A DNA stretch of 64,000 bases from Callorhinchus milii (Eukaryota): assembly GCF_018977255.1 (NCBI RefSeq), contig NW_024704743.1, forward strand, positions 62,622,001 to 62,686,000, given 5' to 3'. Shown piece by piece: positions 13,852 to 28,162 of this stretch (position 1 is the stretch's first letter; the number at the start of each line of letters is the position of its first letter). A model generated the notes under the pieces. That model ran no database searches. It worked only from the letters and a program-made list of their open reading frames with translations, and had not been told where the DNA came from. The position numbers were made by a program, and so were the translations under genes.

Positions 13852-15169
13852 GTAACATTAACTTTGCAGTGACGCTAATACTGAATGACAGCAGGCTGAT
13901 CCGCGGCTTTATGGTATCCCTTGATATTGGCAAAGGCACTGTGCCTTAGAAAGCACTTAAACCCTTTTTACTGTCAAACTCTTTAGACTTTGTTCTACTG
14001 TCAGTAAGCTCCACAGAATGTGTTCTTAACCCTTTAATCACTTGTGAACTTTGCAGCTTTTAAGATGCACATGTTTGATTAAACACATGCATCTCATATT
14101 GAAAACTTGTTTTTATATGTTTCTCTATCAGGAATTGGTAATTTATGAGGAAACATTACTACTTATTTAATCATGTGGAGAGTTTAAGAGGAGTTTTTAC
14201 AGAGCTGAGGGGGTGATGAGGAGAATGTGGCCCTCTCTGACAGAAGCTGCAGAAACCATTAATACATCTACGAAGATGTATTAATGCATGGGGTAGAAGA
14301 GAATAGAGGAGTATGGAGGGGAATAAAGAGAGGGGGTGAGGAGGGGTGGAGGCTCCTTTAGAATAAAAGCACTAGAACGGACTAGTTTATTGTACAGTTT
14401 ATATAGTTCTGTGTTTAGTTGGTACTGTTACAATGTGAATTCAATGTCAATGCTGTGGTTAATGTCACAATATCGTAAAATTATTGGTCATTCACAGCGT
14501 CTTATTTGTGCTCTTATCTGTAAGGCAAGTAGACTATATTTGTCCTAGTTCATGTGACTCCATAATAATAATCCTTGCATTTGATACAGTTCCTTATCAC
14601 TTCTTCGAGACTCTTCACAGAATATACTGTTAAGTGAATTGACTGTCTATTTTGTAGGCAAAACGTGGCAGCCAGTCGTGGCCAATTTTTTTTTAAAAGG
14701 GATTATTACCCCAGGAAAAGTTGTTTATTCAAAGCAATATCACATAGGTAACTCATCCCACAAAACATTTGCAAACATTTCTGTATAAAAGTACTTCAGA
14801 CGTATTACCATATCCCTCTCCACACTCCTACTGAACAGTTTCTCCTTCATCAACTGAAATGTTGAAATATGGCTGGTTAACACTATTTAACATTTTACTG
14901 TACACCTGAACTTTACAGTCCACCTGAACTTTACAATCCACCTGACAGGCAAATGAGACATGATTCATAGTCTTACTTGCTTCCAAAAAAAGCAGTGCTC
15001 CCCCACCACTGATTTGGTGTGTCCAGCTAATCTATGAGTTCAAAGAGGCCTTCTGTAGAGGAAAGAGTTCTACCAATTGAGCCAGCCTGATGGATAAAGA
15101 TACCTGTTGCTTGAGCAGAAAAGTCAGTTACTGAGCTAATTCCAAGAACAAATTGGTTCCTGGTTTCCT

Positions 15170-15510
15170 AAATTTATAGGTAGCATTGACCAATCTAAAA
15201 ATTCTTTGAAGGAATAACAGAAATTGAAATAAACGCAGTCGATTTGAGTTACATGGATTTACGAAAAGCGTTTGATATGGTACCGTGAGAGATGCTTATG
15301 GCAAAGGTTATGGAGAATATGGACACATAAATTGTGAGATGGTTGGAGGGCAGAAAGCAAAGAATAGAGGTAAAAGGAATTGCTTTTGGACCAAGAGGAT
15401 GAAGTGAGGGATGTTCCACGGTGGTCTGTTAGGGCAATTCTTATTTACGACGGATATCAATTATTTAGACATGGATTCTGAGGAACCGTGTCCAAATTTG
15501 CTGATTATGC
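15170..15510 (+). mobile_element. Highly decayed CR1 RT fragment
   Basis: gcagtcgatttgagttacatggattt..aaaagcgtttgat (AVD.SYMD..KAFD) and tccaaatttgctgat (SKFAD) remnants. Confidence 0.7.
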
Positions 15511-18500
15511 CAATTGCTTTCAGATTTGGTATCCTTGTAATTAAGGAACATTTCTTAGTGTCCAGTTTTTCTTTCTGAGGGCAAGACTTGCCATATTACA
15601 GCTTCCTTTCTCCCTGCTGCATATCATCTGTGCCAGGAGAATAGTCAGTGATCACTATCATTGAGGTTTCTGTTCCTATGCAGTATATTAGCGCCCAGTA
15701 GGTGCGTGTTCGAGAGGAAACTTGGGATGGAACAGTAACTCAATATTTGGTAAATCACAAATGTGAACACTTATTCTACCTCTGTGGTGGAGACATTTGT
15801 ATTAACATTTGTATTAACTGTGCCAACCACTGCACTATGTTCAGTGGCTTGTGCAAAATCTTTTTATTTTGTTAAAACGTATTATGTGATTAATTCATTC
15901 TGATCCTTCTTGTTTTTTTGAGGTATTTTGTTTTTTATTGTGTTAATCAGGTCTATAGCCCAGGGCTATGTGAAACATTGGTTGGTTGATCCTGACTGTA
16001 TGAAATTAAGCAGTTAAGCACGGAATACTGATTCAGATGAATTAGCAACAGTGGCTTAATACTGATCCTACTGGCCCCAAAAATACAGCAGCCTCCTTCC
16101 TTGGTTCAAATACTACTGTGAACCTCATCAAGTTTTATACTAATTGTGCTATAGAAAACAAAACATTGAATAGAGCAAGTTTCTATTTTGTTAATGCTTG
16201 TTAAATGAGAAAGTAGTACTGAGAGATGAGGAAGCTGTGTTCAGTTGATTTGGCATATTAGATGTATGATCGAATGGTTCAGATTACATTGGGTGTTATC
16301 TTCCATTATGGTTCATTATCACAGCGCCTTCCTTGGGGGCTTACTCATATGAAGCCGTTGATAATTTGTTATAGCTGATAGGAGGAAAGTGGAAAATCAG
16401 TTTCCATTGCATCTAAGCTCAACGCATAAAATGCTTCAGTAAAACTGTCACATTCTCCTGTAATTGAATTGCACTCTTGGTGTTAAATGCAACAGCATCA
16501 GACAGACTTGAACAGCTTAGCTGGGCAAATGCGATAAATCTTGTGCTTGTGAATAATTTCTTTCCCGCTGAGCCTTGAGGCTTTCTCCACCTTAAGAGGA
16601 AAATAAACCTTAGGAAGCTTTTGGAGTTTTTAAACTACGCCTGCCAATTTTTATTTTAAAAAAAGGAGAGTGTTACTATAGAGAAATGAAGGGTTTTGCA
16701 CAGTATTACATATACTTGTGCGTGTCAAATTCCACTTACTTTGTAGTTGAACTGGTGAAATTAAATTCCATCTGAATGTGCGTGTGTATTTCTGTGTGTA
16801 TATGAACTAAACGGAGATCATGAAAGGCACACGGAAATAATGACTGAAGGAAATGTGTTCCTAAAAAGGACTCAAATACTATCATGAACAAAGTTAATAT
16901 TAACAATAATAATACTTACATTTGTTATAACATCTTTCATGTCAGGAGGACTTACCAAAGTGTTTCACAGGATATACTGTAAAATGATTGTTCTGTGGGC
17001 AAACACAGCAGCCAATTTGCACACAGCAATGTCTCACAAACAGCAATGACGAATTTTATTTGAGAAATTGTCAGCCAAGACAGCAGGAGAAACTCCCTTC
17101 TCTTTTCAAATAGTGCCATGGGATCTTTAATGTCTACCTGAACAGGCAGATGGACCTTGGTTTTCTGCATCAGGATGGCAGCTCTAACAATGGAGCACAT
17201 TATCGCCCAGCACTGTATTGGAGTGTCAGCTTATACTATGTGAGTTCAATTCCTGACATGGGGCAACCTTCTGACTCAAGAGGCAAGAGCCAGGCTATGT
17301 TGGGGTTAGGAGGTGGGGCGGGGTTGGATCTGCTGTTGTTTGGATTAGAAGCAAAACAATATCCCATCTTCTCTGGGAATGAAACTTTGTTCGAAGCAGT
17401 CACACTTCATCAGAGTGCTTCTTACTGTGAGGTGAAATGGTTGGAGAGTTTTGTACTGAATTAGAATATATGACGGTTTTTAAAAAGAAACGTTGTCAAC
17501 AATAGCAAAACAAATTGCATTTAAACAGCTCCTTTCACGTTGGGAGGAAGTCACTGAGCTCATGTTAACCTTGTAAATCAAAGCCCCAACAGGTAGCAAG
17601 GTCATAGCTAAAACAAACCAGTGGGAATAATAATCATCTTTGGATTTGATATAGCACCTTATCATGTCTTTGAAACGTCTCAAAGCACTTCACAGAATGT
17701 ACTGTAAAGTGAATTGACTGTATATTTGGTGGGCGAAACAAGCTTGCCAGCCAGTGCTTTCAAATGCAAGCTGTGCAGTTTTAGCTGGTTTACGTAGTAT
17801 GGCTACTGTCAAGCATGGTGATGAGTTTCCTCATGTGTCAGAAGCTATCCCCCCAAAACTGAAAAAAGTACTGTTTTTACTTTTGGTAAAATCTTAAATT
17901 TTTCTATTGTGTTTATTTTGTTTACTGCTTTTAAAGTCAGGTTTTGTACATAAAGATACCTATTATAAATGTATAATATTCATTCAGAATTAAGTTATTT
18001 TTTTATTTGGAAAGGAGCTGATGTGATTGTTAATATATTTCCGTACTTATTTTGTGGCGACTGAAGAGTGATTTCCGTGTTTTATTGTTAGCCTGGCTTA
18101 TTCTGAGCTTGATTGTTTGCATCTCTGTAAACAGCGAGTCGAGTCAGAAGGCTCAAAGTCAGGTGCAGCTGAAATTTATAGTGACCAAGAAAGGAACTTC
18201 TCAGGTTATTCAATAGAGATAAGCAAGACAGTTGGGAAATTTGACAGAATAGATTTGTTTTGCAAAATAGCCCTCCAAAGAATTATCTTCAGATTGTTGG
18301 ATTTCATATAGGACACTATATGCCAGCAGAGACAAAATGTCTAAAACTGTATGGAATTAAATAAAGTGTAAAGGCAAAAACTCCTGTGTACATCTGAGAA
18401 GATGCATCTGGAAGTTTCCAAAAAAATAACTGAAGTAAACATGTTAAACTGTATGTAACAGGCTATCCAGCAAATGATGCTCATTGCCATTAGCGAGGGC

Positions 18501-21309
18501 TGTATTCACACCAAGCCCCAAAGCTGAGAGAACAATGTTTTATTCCATTGGGTCATCCTAATGATTTTTTCAGATTGATGTGTCATCGTTGCTGCTGTAT
18601 TTTATTGTTATGTTGAAATTTGCTCTATTTTACTCATTTTTCAAAAATAAAGACTGTTAGGGCATAAAGTCTTCATCAAAATTTGTTTACCGTGCAATAT
18701 ATCTCCCAGGTTCTGAATTGAAAGTGCCTGTTATATGAATCCTGTGATCTGTGCAAAGCCCCTACAATGAAGACCTCTTGTTATCAGCGACTTACACGAG
18801 CAGCTAAGACTTGCTAATATTGGCCTGTCAAACCCATTTACTTCAGATAGTGTAAGCAGCACCTAACAGTATATGTGTTGTGGTAAGACAGGGAGCCCCA
18901 CGGGCAGTGAGACTGGCTTTGGGAGCTAAGCTTCATCAGCTGCTCCATCACCTGGAAAGTTCCAGCTTGTTGTAATTCCACTGAGCATCATATGCTGGAT
19001 GGAGCCTCTGACCCACTGGTTAACAACATGTTTACACCGGCTGCTTCATAGGGTCTTTTTAGAACTACACAGGAGTTTTGACTTATTTTTTATTTAATTC
19101 TATACTATTTATAGACATTTAATTTGTTTCCCGCTTAAAAAAAACATTTAGTAATCCATTTTAGACATTGAACTTCATAAATTTAAAGATTATTTATGAA
19201 ATAAGTGCTGTGTACATATATGTACCTGTTAAACTATCCTGACACTTGGACTTTTATTAAACCTCTGAAACGTATCTCATGATTATTAATTACATTTTCA
19301 GCATAAAGCATTTAAAGGGCTAAGTTAAATACAGTGGTTTCCCCAAATTCAAGCATAGAACAATAGACACCAATAGAAAGATAGGGTGATGATTATTTAT
19401 TATTATGAAATAGAGAAAGTATTTGTTGTATATATCTAGTAATATTAGGTGATTTTAAGTTATCAGTTACAAATAATCAAATTGTCACCAAAATTATTCA
19501 TGAAACATCCAGGAAACAAGACTGTAAGCTCTTTAACTGATTCTGCACTTGAGTACTAAATATGATGCAATTTTGTTTTTAGTTGTAAGTATTTTATAAA
19601 TCATTTTATAAAGCCTTAATGGCTAAAATCCCAAATGTCCTTGAAAAATTTCTAAACTTATTATTTTATTCCTCTGCAATTGATCTTCTTACTTCCTATC
19701 CACTGGAGTACCATGCTGACAATGCACCATGTTTAGTGACACTTCCTCGTCTTTTCCTCCAAAAACCCATAGATTCTATATCCAACACAAAAGAAATGTT
19801 GGATCTATTGTTTTGTTGAATTTTAATAATTTACAGGGACTACAGGGACCTGCAAGGAAATAATATTTCAACTTAATATTTGTAGGATTTTTAAAACAAA
19901 TTACATGATGCCTAAGGAATATAAGCCTATGATAAAATCATCCCTTTTCCATTACAATTAAATATGTCTGAACCAGTGAGACTCAAGATTTGTTGAATGA
20001 CATACTGCTATTGAACACACACTAATTACAGGTTCAAATTAGTTCAATCTATCATGTTGCTATTTATCTATTTAACATGGTCCATACTTGTCTTTTTAGC
20101 TAAACTCTAAAATAATGTAAGCAACAACGGTTTTTATTTTTTTTCATAAATATAAATGTAATTTCCCTCCTTTATTTAAAAACTTATTTTAAATTTGGTG
20201 GAAAGCATACAGGTGGTGCTAAGTGACACAAACATTTCCCTGGCCTGTCATGCTTGGTTCTGTGTTTTTCATCTCAGCCTTCTGTTAAGTTAACCTGTTA
20301 CCCTGTTACTCCTGTTAACCCTGCAAGCCAAGGCTCAAACAGGAAGCGGGGTCCTTACTGCATGGCAACTTGTCAGACAAGTTCTCATAATAGCATCTGT
20401 TTGTTCAGGTGGACATTAAGGATCTCATGGCACTGTTCTAAAGGAGAAGGGAGTTTCTCCCGGTGTCCTGATAAACAATCCCCCAAATAAAAATACTTAC
20501 TGCGAGGTAAACAGAGGCGTGTGGAGTAAGGAAACTTGCCCAAAGTATTAAAAGTACAAATACAGTCAGCAGTTATTCAACATTGATCATCATCTACAAA
20601 GAAAGCACTTTGAGACATTTCTATAGGCTCTATGTCAAATGGAGTCCTGTAGGTTAGTGGTTGGAGCACTCGCCTCACAAGCGAGAGACCTGGGTTTGAT
20701 TCCTGGGCAGGGGGAAACGTTGGGTGTGTTTTGCAGCTACTTTGCATTGTGAGGAATTAGACTAAAGTATTGAAATGAAGCTTCAGATAAGTAATGGTTC
20801 TCTTATTAGCGATTATTACATGAAGCTGATTTTAATTTACTTCAAATTAAGCAAACCTTTGAGTCTGATCCCATGAGCTGGTCGACAGGAAGTAGATAAT
20901 TATTCTTCAGTGACTGACACGGTTATCAATCAGATACAATTAAACACATCCCACTTGATAACTAATTGGGAAGCTATTAACTTATTGGCTTTAATAGGCA
21001 GGAGATGCCATTTCTGGAGGAGGAAGAATCTGAAGGAGGTTACATCTGGCTGGGAAACCTATCGTGTGGGTCGTTGTAAGAGTGCCAGATTTTATTTGCC
21101 AGCCAAGTTCTGATGCGCACGGAAATCCCATCACCATGCTTCAGCGTATCCTTGCCAGCAGATTCCTTTTTAGTTAGATACCTATTCTTTCTGTGCCAGA
21201 GTCTAGCAAAATATTTAGTAAATACCATAAATTAATGATCACTGGAGCAAGCAAGACTCTAAATGAGATTTCTCAAATACTTTGCATCAAGGGGGCATGA
21301 ATTATAGAT

Positions 21310-22440
21310 GGGAGTTTAGCACGGGCTGGAGTGGGTGTGGTATGGGGGGTGGATGGGTTGCAGTGGGTATTCAAACACAGAATGCGAAGGGGTTGAGGGA
21401 GGAAGTTCCAAAGTTTTGAGGCGTAGTGGCTGAAGGCACGGCTGCTGATGGTGGAGCGGAGGATTTGGGGGACACGGAGGAGGCTGACCCAGTAGAGCCC
21501 TGGTCACAGATAGAGAGGACATCGTTTGTGACTTTCACGAGTGCTGTCTCTATACTGTGGGCAGCGTGGAAACCAGACTGGAGGGGTTCGAGTAGGGTGT
21601 GGAGGGAGAAGTGCGCGCGAAGTTGGTTGGCAACAATGCATTCCAGAGCTTTGGCAAGGAAGGGCAGGTTTGAGATAGGGCGGGAGTGGCCGAGGTTGGA
21701 GGAATAGAGGGTAGGTTTTTTAAGGAGGGGGAGTGGGACTAATCCTGAGGAGAGAGACTGGTGAATAGTGTCTGCCAACGTGGGCAGAGGAGGGGAAGCT
21801 GGGTGATCAGCAGTCGGTGGGGAGGGGTTCATTGTGGTGATGGTGGATGAAAGGGAAGGAGAAATGGGGACAAATGAATGTAGGATGGGGGCCATGGTAG
21901 GAACTGAGGGTGGGGTGGGTGAGGGAGACGGAATGGGAGTGGTGGTAGGCGACATAGGGCAGAAGGATGAAGGTGCCAGGTAAGGAAGTCCATGACCTCT
22001 TCGCACTTGGCATTAGATATGATTGAGGGTGCTTGAGGGAGCGCATGGAGGAGGTGGTGGAGAATAGGATTTTGGAGTTATTGTTGGTCTCCAGTATGAT
22101 GTTTGAGTAGTGCGCAGTTTATGTTTGCGACAGAGAGTGGTGGTAGGTGTGAAGATGCTCGAGCTACAGCTGGTGGTGAGCCGTGAGGCTAGTTTTCTGA
22201 CACCTGCGCTCGAGCAGCCGGGTTTGGGATTTTAGAGAGTGAAAATGGCTGTTGTACCAGGGGGAGCGGGTGGGTTTGGAGACGGTACTGGATTTCAGGG
22301 GGACCAGGGAGTTGAAGTTAGAGGAGAGGCGATCATGAAGCAACTTGACGGCTGCTTCGGGATCACTGCGGGTGGAAGACCAGAGGGATAGGAGGTGAGA
22401 AGATGAGAGGGTCTCGGGGAGAAGTCTTTTCCATGGGCAG
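21310..22440 (-). mobile_element. L2 LINE ORF2 fragment with internal deletions
   Basis: PLLKKPTL..RPISNLPFLAKALECIVANQL..LEPLQSGF..HSIETALVKVTND: L2 RT N-terminal motifs, joined to the 3' end. Confidence 0.9.
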
Positions 22441-23346
22441 AAAAGTTAGGTTACAGGAGACAGCAGGGCTTTCTCTCCTTTTGGCTAATAAACGTGTTAA
22501 CAGCGGTCTTTATTTTTAAAATCTGCATAGCAAACCCTTTCTGCCAAGTGATCAGTTTTCTGTTATTTTACTCCTCTGGTATCAGATATGTGTTTGATTG
22601 TGCATCTCTAACATTGCTCCTTGGTCTAGCTTGGTTTTATACCATTCTAGATCTATTTTTTTTGTCAGTTGCACGGTTTATTTACCTGGGAACTCGACTA
22701 CTGCTGTACAAGTAGAACCTTACTTTGTGTACAACTCAGTAATAAGGGCAATTGGCTCTTCAGGCCACTTTTCTGTTTTTTTTTTCAATTTGATGGTGAA
22801 GGTGACCATAATCCCAAACTCAGTAAGGCGATACCAGTATTAAGAGCAAAAATGGGCAGTCTGTCTGTAACAGTCTATCTGTAACAGCGAATTTCCACTG
22901 TATTATGTGCACTTTTTTTAAAATGGAAGTTACAGTAACCAATACTGTAGTTGACAAAATGAATCTCAGAGATGTACAAGATCATTGTTGATATTTAGCT
23001 AGTGTTTGTTCTCCATATTCTGGACAAATGTTCCCTAAACTAGGCAAGTATTCTGTACATCTCTGTAATCCTTGCATTTGACATAACATTATCAGCAGTG
23101 GTCCCACAAACAGGCGTGGTTTGAATGACCTAATTTTTTTTAAGGGATTCTATCCTTTATATGTAATTGTTTGTAAAATCCATACAGGTTTGGTTAACGT
23201 TTAGTCCAAATGCCAGTTGCTGTTTTAGGAAACTTAAATAGCATTTTGGAGAACGTCGAAAATTAATAAATCCCTTCTGTCAAGTTATACATAAGGTATG
23301 TATGCTTGGACCATGTTGTTAACTATACTTGTATTATCTATTTCAG

Positions 23347-23427
23347 GTTGTGTGCCATTGCCTGTCATCTATACCTTCCCGAATCCAGTGCTGTGACATC
23401 TTGCAAAGTGCCATCTGCAAACATCTG
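23347..23427 (+). CDS. TEX10: TEX10 internal coding exon
   Basis: tttcAG|GTT GTG TGC... encodes VVCHCLSSIPSRIQCCDILQSAICKHL. Donor GTgagc. 81 bp, phase 0/0; matches the TEX10 DILQSAISKHL motif. Confidence 0.93.
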
Positions 23428-23446
23428 GTGAGCCCAGTAACCCTAT

Positions 23447-23558
23447 GATGGCTGGACAGAGAGGTTGATAGCGTGATGGCTGACAGAGAGGGATATAATA
23501 AAGGCTGGACAGAGAGAGGTTATTGTCAAGGCTGGACACAGAGAATATTGTCATGGCT
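23447..23558 (+). repeat. Degenerate ~28-30 bp minisatellite (4 copies) just downstream of a TEX10 donor site
   Basis: The unit ggctggacagagag...at..t.aa/tg repeats four times. Confidence 0.7.
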
Positions 23559-24711
23559 TGAAAGAACTGCAATTCAACATCTTGGTGTAGGTTTGAGTGA
23601 AAAACTGGGAAAGAAATCAGGGATAATAATGATATGAAGCTTTGAATTAGGCAGTTGTGAGGAGACAGCAGATTAGAATCGCAGATAATTGCTGGGGTTT
23701 GGCCCTCTGACCTGTACAATTCTGTATTCCTGCAATTTGCCACTAATTGAGCTTATTAGACAATAAATCTTCATGGGAAACCTTAACAGGCCTTGGAACA
23801 GGGGCGTCTCCAATCGCTGGCTACAGGCAACACAGAAGCAGTGAAAGTTTCCAAAGGTATTCATTTGTCTGGTAGTAAGGTTGTCACAGTTCAGGTTCAC
23901 CCGTATGCCCCTCTACCGTTGATTGTTGGTGAGGTGATCGGAATACACAGAGAAATGGAACAAAATGACCCACGTTCTTTTCTATTTCTAACCTCCCTTG
24001 TTCTTTGCTGCATTTTAAAAATTATAGTCCAGGAAGTAATAAAGGAATAAAGGAAATAATACTGGAAACCGTTTTCAGGCCACACAGTAAATTATATCTT
24101 GTCAAGTTAGAATTCAGCCTTGTCATGTGTGGTATTACCTTGATAACTTCTGAACCCCTTGGGTCATTTAGCTGTTTAGCCTTGAATTACAGTTGTTAGT
24201 TGTGTGAAGAATGTTACATTAATACTCTTGATTTGTATGTTTATTTCACACAAGTGTGAGGGATCTATTGGAAAATCAGTCGCATAACACTTCTAAAATC
24301 CACCTGTTTGTGTAATTCTGTGCTGGTGTTCTATTTGTTTCCTACATAAGTCAGAAATCTGCTTTGTTAGTTTGGTTGAATGGTTATTACAGTATAATAG
24401 TATCAATCTGCAATGTTCTGTGAAAATGTACTGACTACAGGCAACACAGAATCCATGACTGACATAGATTAACACCTGTTAAACAAGCCTTTTGAATGGA
24501 AGCCTAGGATTTTAGTTTCCAGGTCTAATCTCATTCTCTCATATCATTTACGATTGATGTATTATAGAAATATCTAACGTTGGGTAAAATGGATTCCTTT
24601 TCACTTTCTCATGTTTTTGATTTGGTTGGCTATGTTTAGTTTAAACTAGAACATTTATTTCAGAGTAATCAGTTGATTCATAAATTAACTTTGACTTCTG
24701 TCCCGCTTTAG

Positions 24712-24893
24712 GTGGGTGTGAATCTCTTGCCAGACAGCACGGCAGGATCTGTCCTGACAGCTGTTAGCCAGCTCATAGATCCAGCCTTTATTCCCAATGA
24801 GTGTCTGTTGAAGTTTCTCGCCAGTTGTTGCTACAGCCTCCTTTACTTCATACTAACCTTGGAGAAGAACAGCAGAGGGAACACACAAAAGTG
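24712..24893 (+). CDS. TEX10: TEX10 internal coding exon
   Basis: ccgctttAG|GTG GGT... encodes VGVNLLPDSTAGSVLTAVSQLIDPAFIPNECLLKFLASCCYSLLYFILTLEKNSRGNTQK. Donor GTaatt. Confidence 0.95.
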
Positions 24894-25544
24894 GTAATTA
24901 AAATTCTCCTTGGGTTTCTGCTCCTATTCCTCTTATATTGAACTATATTATTCCATAGCTCTGTTGGATCAGGTTTGTTTTAGAATTCTCTGTTGACTGT
25001 TGTTTTCTTACTGGTGTAAAAGCGCTATATCAAATGCAAGGGTTATTATATTATTATAACATAAAAAGCCTGAACTTGGCACAATTGAAACACAATTGAA
25101 ACTTTCTGCACGGAACAGATTTTACAGCTACAATCTCACTTTAAAAGAACCTTTTATTCCAGTTTTTGCTGAAGATTCAATCTGTGAAATCTGGTTTTAT
25201 TTCTATCAGTACAATATTTATTTCAGCAATTGATCATGTAAGCATCTTTCCTCCCTACTGCCAATTTTTAACAAAGGCAGGAAAATCCCAGCTCATCCAA
25301 TTTCATAACCGAGCTTCTTCAGTCTCCATCCCAAATGAACATCACATGAACACCAAAGATCCTCTAGCACTCTCTGTTCTACTCTATACTCTTTTATTCA
25401 AAAAGAGAAGGGAGTTTCTCCTTGTGTCCTGGCCAATAGTTTCTCCCTCTCCCCCCCCCCCCCCCCCAATAAAAGTTGGTCACTCACTCCATGGCTGTTT
25501 GTGGAGAATGGTCTATTGTGAGCAAATGTCTGCTATGTTAGTTT

Positions 25545-26030
25545 ACATTAGAATATACAGCACAGACACAGACCATTCAGCCCAACTGGTCAATTTGTAT
25601 CAGGGTTTATTCTCTACATATCTCACCAACTTCCCTAATCCCCTCTCCCATACTACTTTATTTCCTTCTACCTCCCATACTATTTTATTTCCTTCTACCT
25701 CCCTTATCCCTCCTTCCCTCGTTTAGATTACGACTGAAGACCTTCCTCTTTGATCATGCTTACAGTCACCTCCTTCCTCTGCCAGGCTCCGCCTGTTAAG
25801 CACTCAGACACTGCCCATGTGAAGGCCACTATATGCAAGTTGTTGTATGCATCAAATTCCCTCTTAAATATGTTCATCCTTTTTGCTTCAACCGCAAATT
25901 CCGACAGTCTGTTCCACATTCTCACCACCTTCTGTGTAAAGATGTTCCTCCTGAACTCCCTTTTAGATCTGCTACTGGCTATCTGATTTATTCCCCCTTG
26001 TTTTGAATTCGCCAACAAGTGAAAACAGGC
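25545..26030 (-). mobile_element. CR1 3' fragment interrupted by a short L2 tail (~25725-25845)
   Basis: KREFRRNIFTQKVVRMWNRLSEFAVEA on the minus strand is the CR1 ORF2 C-terminus. An L2-like tail ending gcaagttgttg is embedded. Confidence 0.75.
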
Positions 26031-27951
26031 AATTAAGAGCACATAAACCTAATGGTCTTCAAAAGCTCAAATGGAGCGGAAGATTCTCCAGTTTCAGCTC
26101 AAGATAAGGCCCGGGATACCTCCCGTCATTTTGGGTTCACAGCACAATTTCTCACACCCGATTGGCAACCAATCAGACTGTCTAAGCTGAAAGGGGAGGC
26201 CTCTGGATATAACACTGTGGGACTCTAACCCTGAGAAAGGCCAAACTTTTTTTTAAACCTTGCGACACGATGCACAACCATTCTCTTGTCCCACTTGTTT
26301 AATGTGTGAAGGGTGAACAGTGGACAATGCACAATGAATGGGTTATGCGTATACTTTTTTTCTGTATTCTGGACTTTTTTTTCTTTTTGAAACACTCCTA
26401 GGAAAATTGCTTGTAAATGAAATGACGAGCTAAGATGTGTCAAACTGGATTTGTGTCCACTTGTATTGTGACCCACAGCTAAACAAGTCGATATGGTCTT
26501 GATTTAATCATCTGATCACATTTATTAATAGAAAATTCTCTTCAATTAGAGAATCCTTAATAAGGAACTTTGAAAAAAGTTCCACTATTCATGTAAATAT
26601 ATATTTACAAAATTAACAAGTTGAGAACCGAATATACTTTGCAGATTTCAACTTTGCAGGTTTATATATTATAAGAAAAATGTAGCTTTTGTTTTCATTT
26701 TTAATTCAACTCCCAAAACAGAATTAGAATCTTGAAATTCTCCATGAATTATATTCTTAAAGAGAGCTTTTTTAAAAATATATAGTTTTCCAATGAATTT
26801 TACACTCAAAACTAGTGAAATATGGATGTTGAATATTCCACTTATGAAATATTTAATATTCCACTTCTGTCAGAATTAAGTCCTCTAAGCTCAAATATAA
26901 TTGGTATAGTTGCAGCATGAACGTCTCTTATGTTCTCGCTACCTCGCCCTGTAATGTGTCATCTCTAGTTTCAGAAGAAATTGTGCAGTAAATTGTTTCA
27001 GTACTTATATCAGGCATCTTTAGAATCTTTCCGAAGACTGCCAATATAATAATAATCCTTGCTTTTGCTATAGTGCCTTATCACATCGTAGAGACGTCTC
27101 AAAGCACTTCACAGGATATACTGTGAATTCAGTTGACTGTATTTTGTGGGTGAAACACAGCAGCCAATTGTGTACAGCAGTGTCCCACAGTCATTTTTTA
27201 ATTTAACTTTAATTTTAATTACGGCTGATCTGTGTGGTGGTCTTGTCCTCACTTATAATGGAGTTGAGAGAGCCCAAAATTAATAATAATCCTTACATTT
27301 GATATATTGCCTTATCAGATCTTCGAGAAGTCTCAAAGCACTTCACAGAATATACTGCAAAGTGAATTGACTATATTTTGTGGGCGAAACACAATCTCTT
27401 TAATGGAATTGTTACAGAATAAATGCATGCAGTTAGAAAAGAGACTACTTTCATTTGATCAATATAGACTACGTTTAAAACTGGATTTCGAAGGAGAAAG
27501 TTCAAGTGTGATGTGATGGAATTATTTAAGATACTGGAAGGGTTTCAGTTGGTCAGGGATTCAAGGACACGAAAATGGTCAAAGGGGTACATTTTGAGAT
27601 TGCTTTGAATGGAGAGAGGAAGCGAGTGAGGGACTCGGATAGAATCCAGAGAGCGGCGGGAGAATGGTTGAACCCCTACCCACTGCTTGGGACGTCCTCC
27701 TGACGTGAAAGTTGCTATACAAATGTCATTTTGTTGTTGTTGATTGTGGGGCAGATAGGATGGGGGAACATGAAGCAGCCTGAGCGAGGAAAACGAGGCC
27801 TCTGTATGGTTAAAGGAGTGAAAATACAATAGTGATTACAACTAATAGGCATATGAAATGGAGCTATGAACTAACTAGCTGTTTTGGTTTGTTTTACTGT
27901 GATATTATCTCTGTCTAACACACATTAAGAAATGAATGACTGTTTATGCAG

Positions 27952-28162
27952 GGATTTGCTGTGGTCCTCGTGCCTCACAGCACTGATCCACATCCCCCGT
28001 CTACTGCGCCTGATGCTGCAGGGTGTGAAGGTGAACGGCAGCAGCCAGGAGGAGCTCCCTGTCATCGCACAGGTCCTTCGTCTTCTGCTCAAGCAGGCAC
28101 AGCTCAGGCAGCACATGGTGGCAAACGCTGCACTGTTACAACAGGTCATACAGGATATCACG
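27952..28162 (+). CDS. TEX10: TEX10 penultimate coding exon
   Basis: tttatgcAG|G GAT TTG CTG TGG... encodes DLLWSSCLTALIHIPRLLRLMLQGVKVNGSSQEELPVIAQVLRLLLKQAQLRQHMVANAALLQQVIQDIT. Donor GTatgt. Confidence 0.95.

Noticed and set aside
14900..14946. Short tandem micro-duplications (also ~15795, 25080, 25645, 39217)
   Set aside because: Ordinary slippage-type duplications of 10-27 bp with no evidence of function.
22460..22902. Possible Tigger/pogo-type MITE end (...gcgaatttccactgta); similar single ends near 18760 and 30510
   Set aside because: Only one terminus is recognisable and no matching TIR partner was found, so it is not called as a feature.
23447..23558. Regularly spaced repeats superficially like a CRISPR array
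   Set aside because: A degenerate minisatellite without unique spacers, in a vertebrate intron with no cas genes.
25166..25726. 186-aa + strand ORF
   Set aside because: Runs through Deu-SINE and CR1 remnants and a poly-C tract. The composition is not protein-like.
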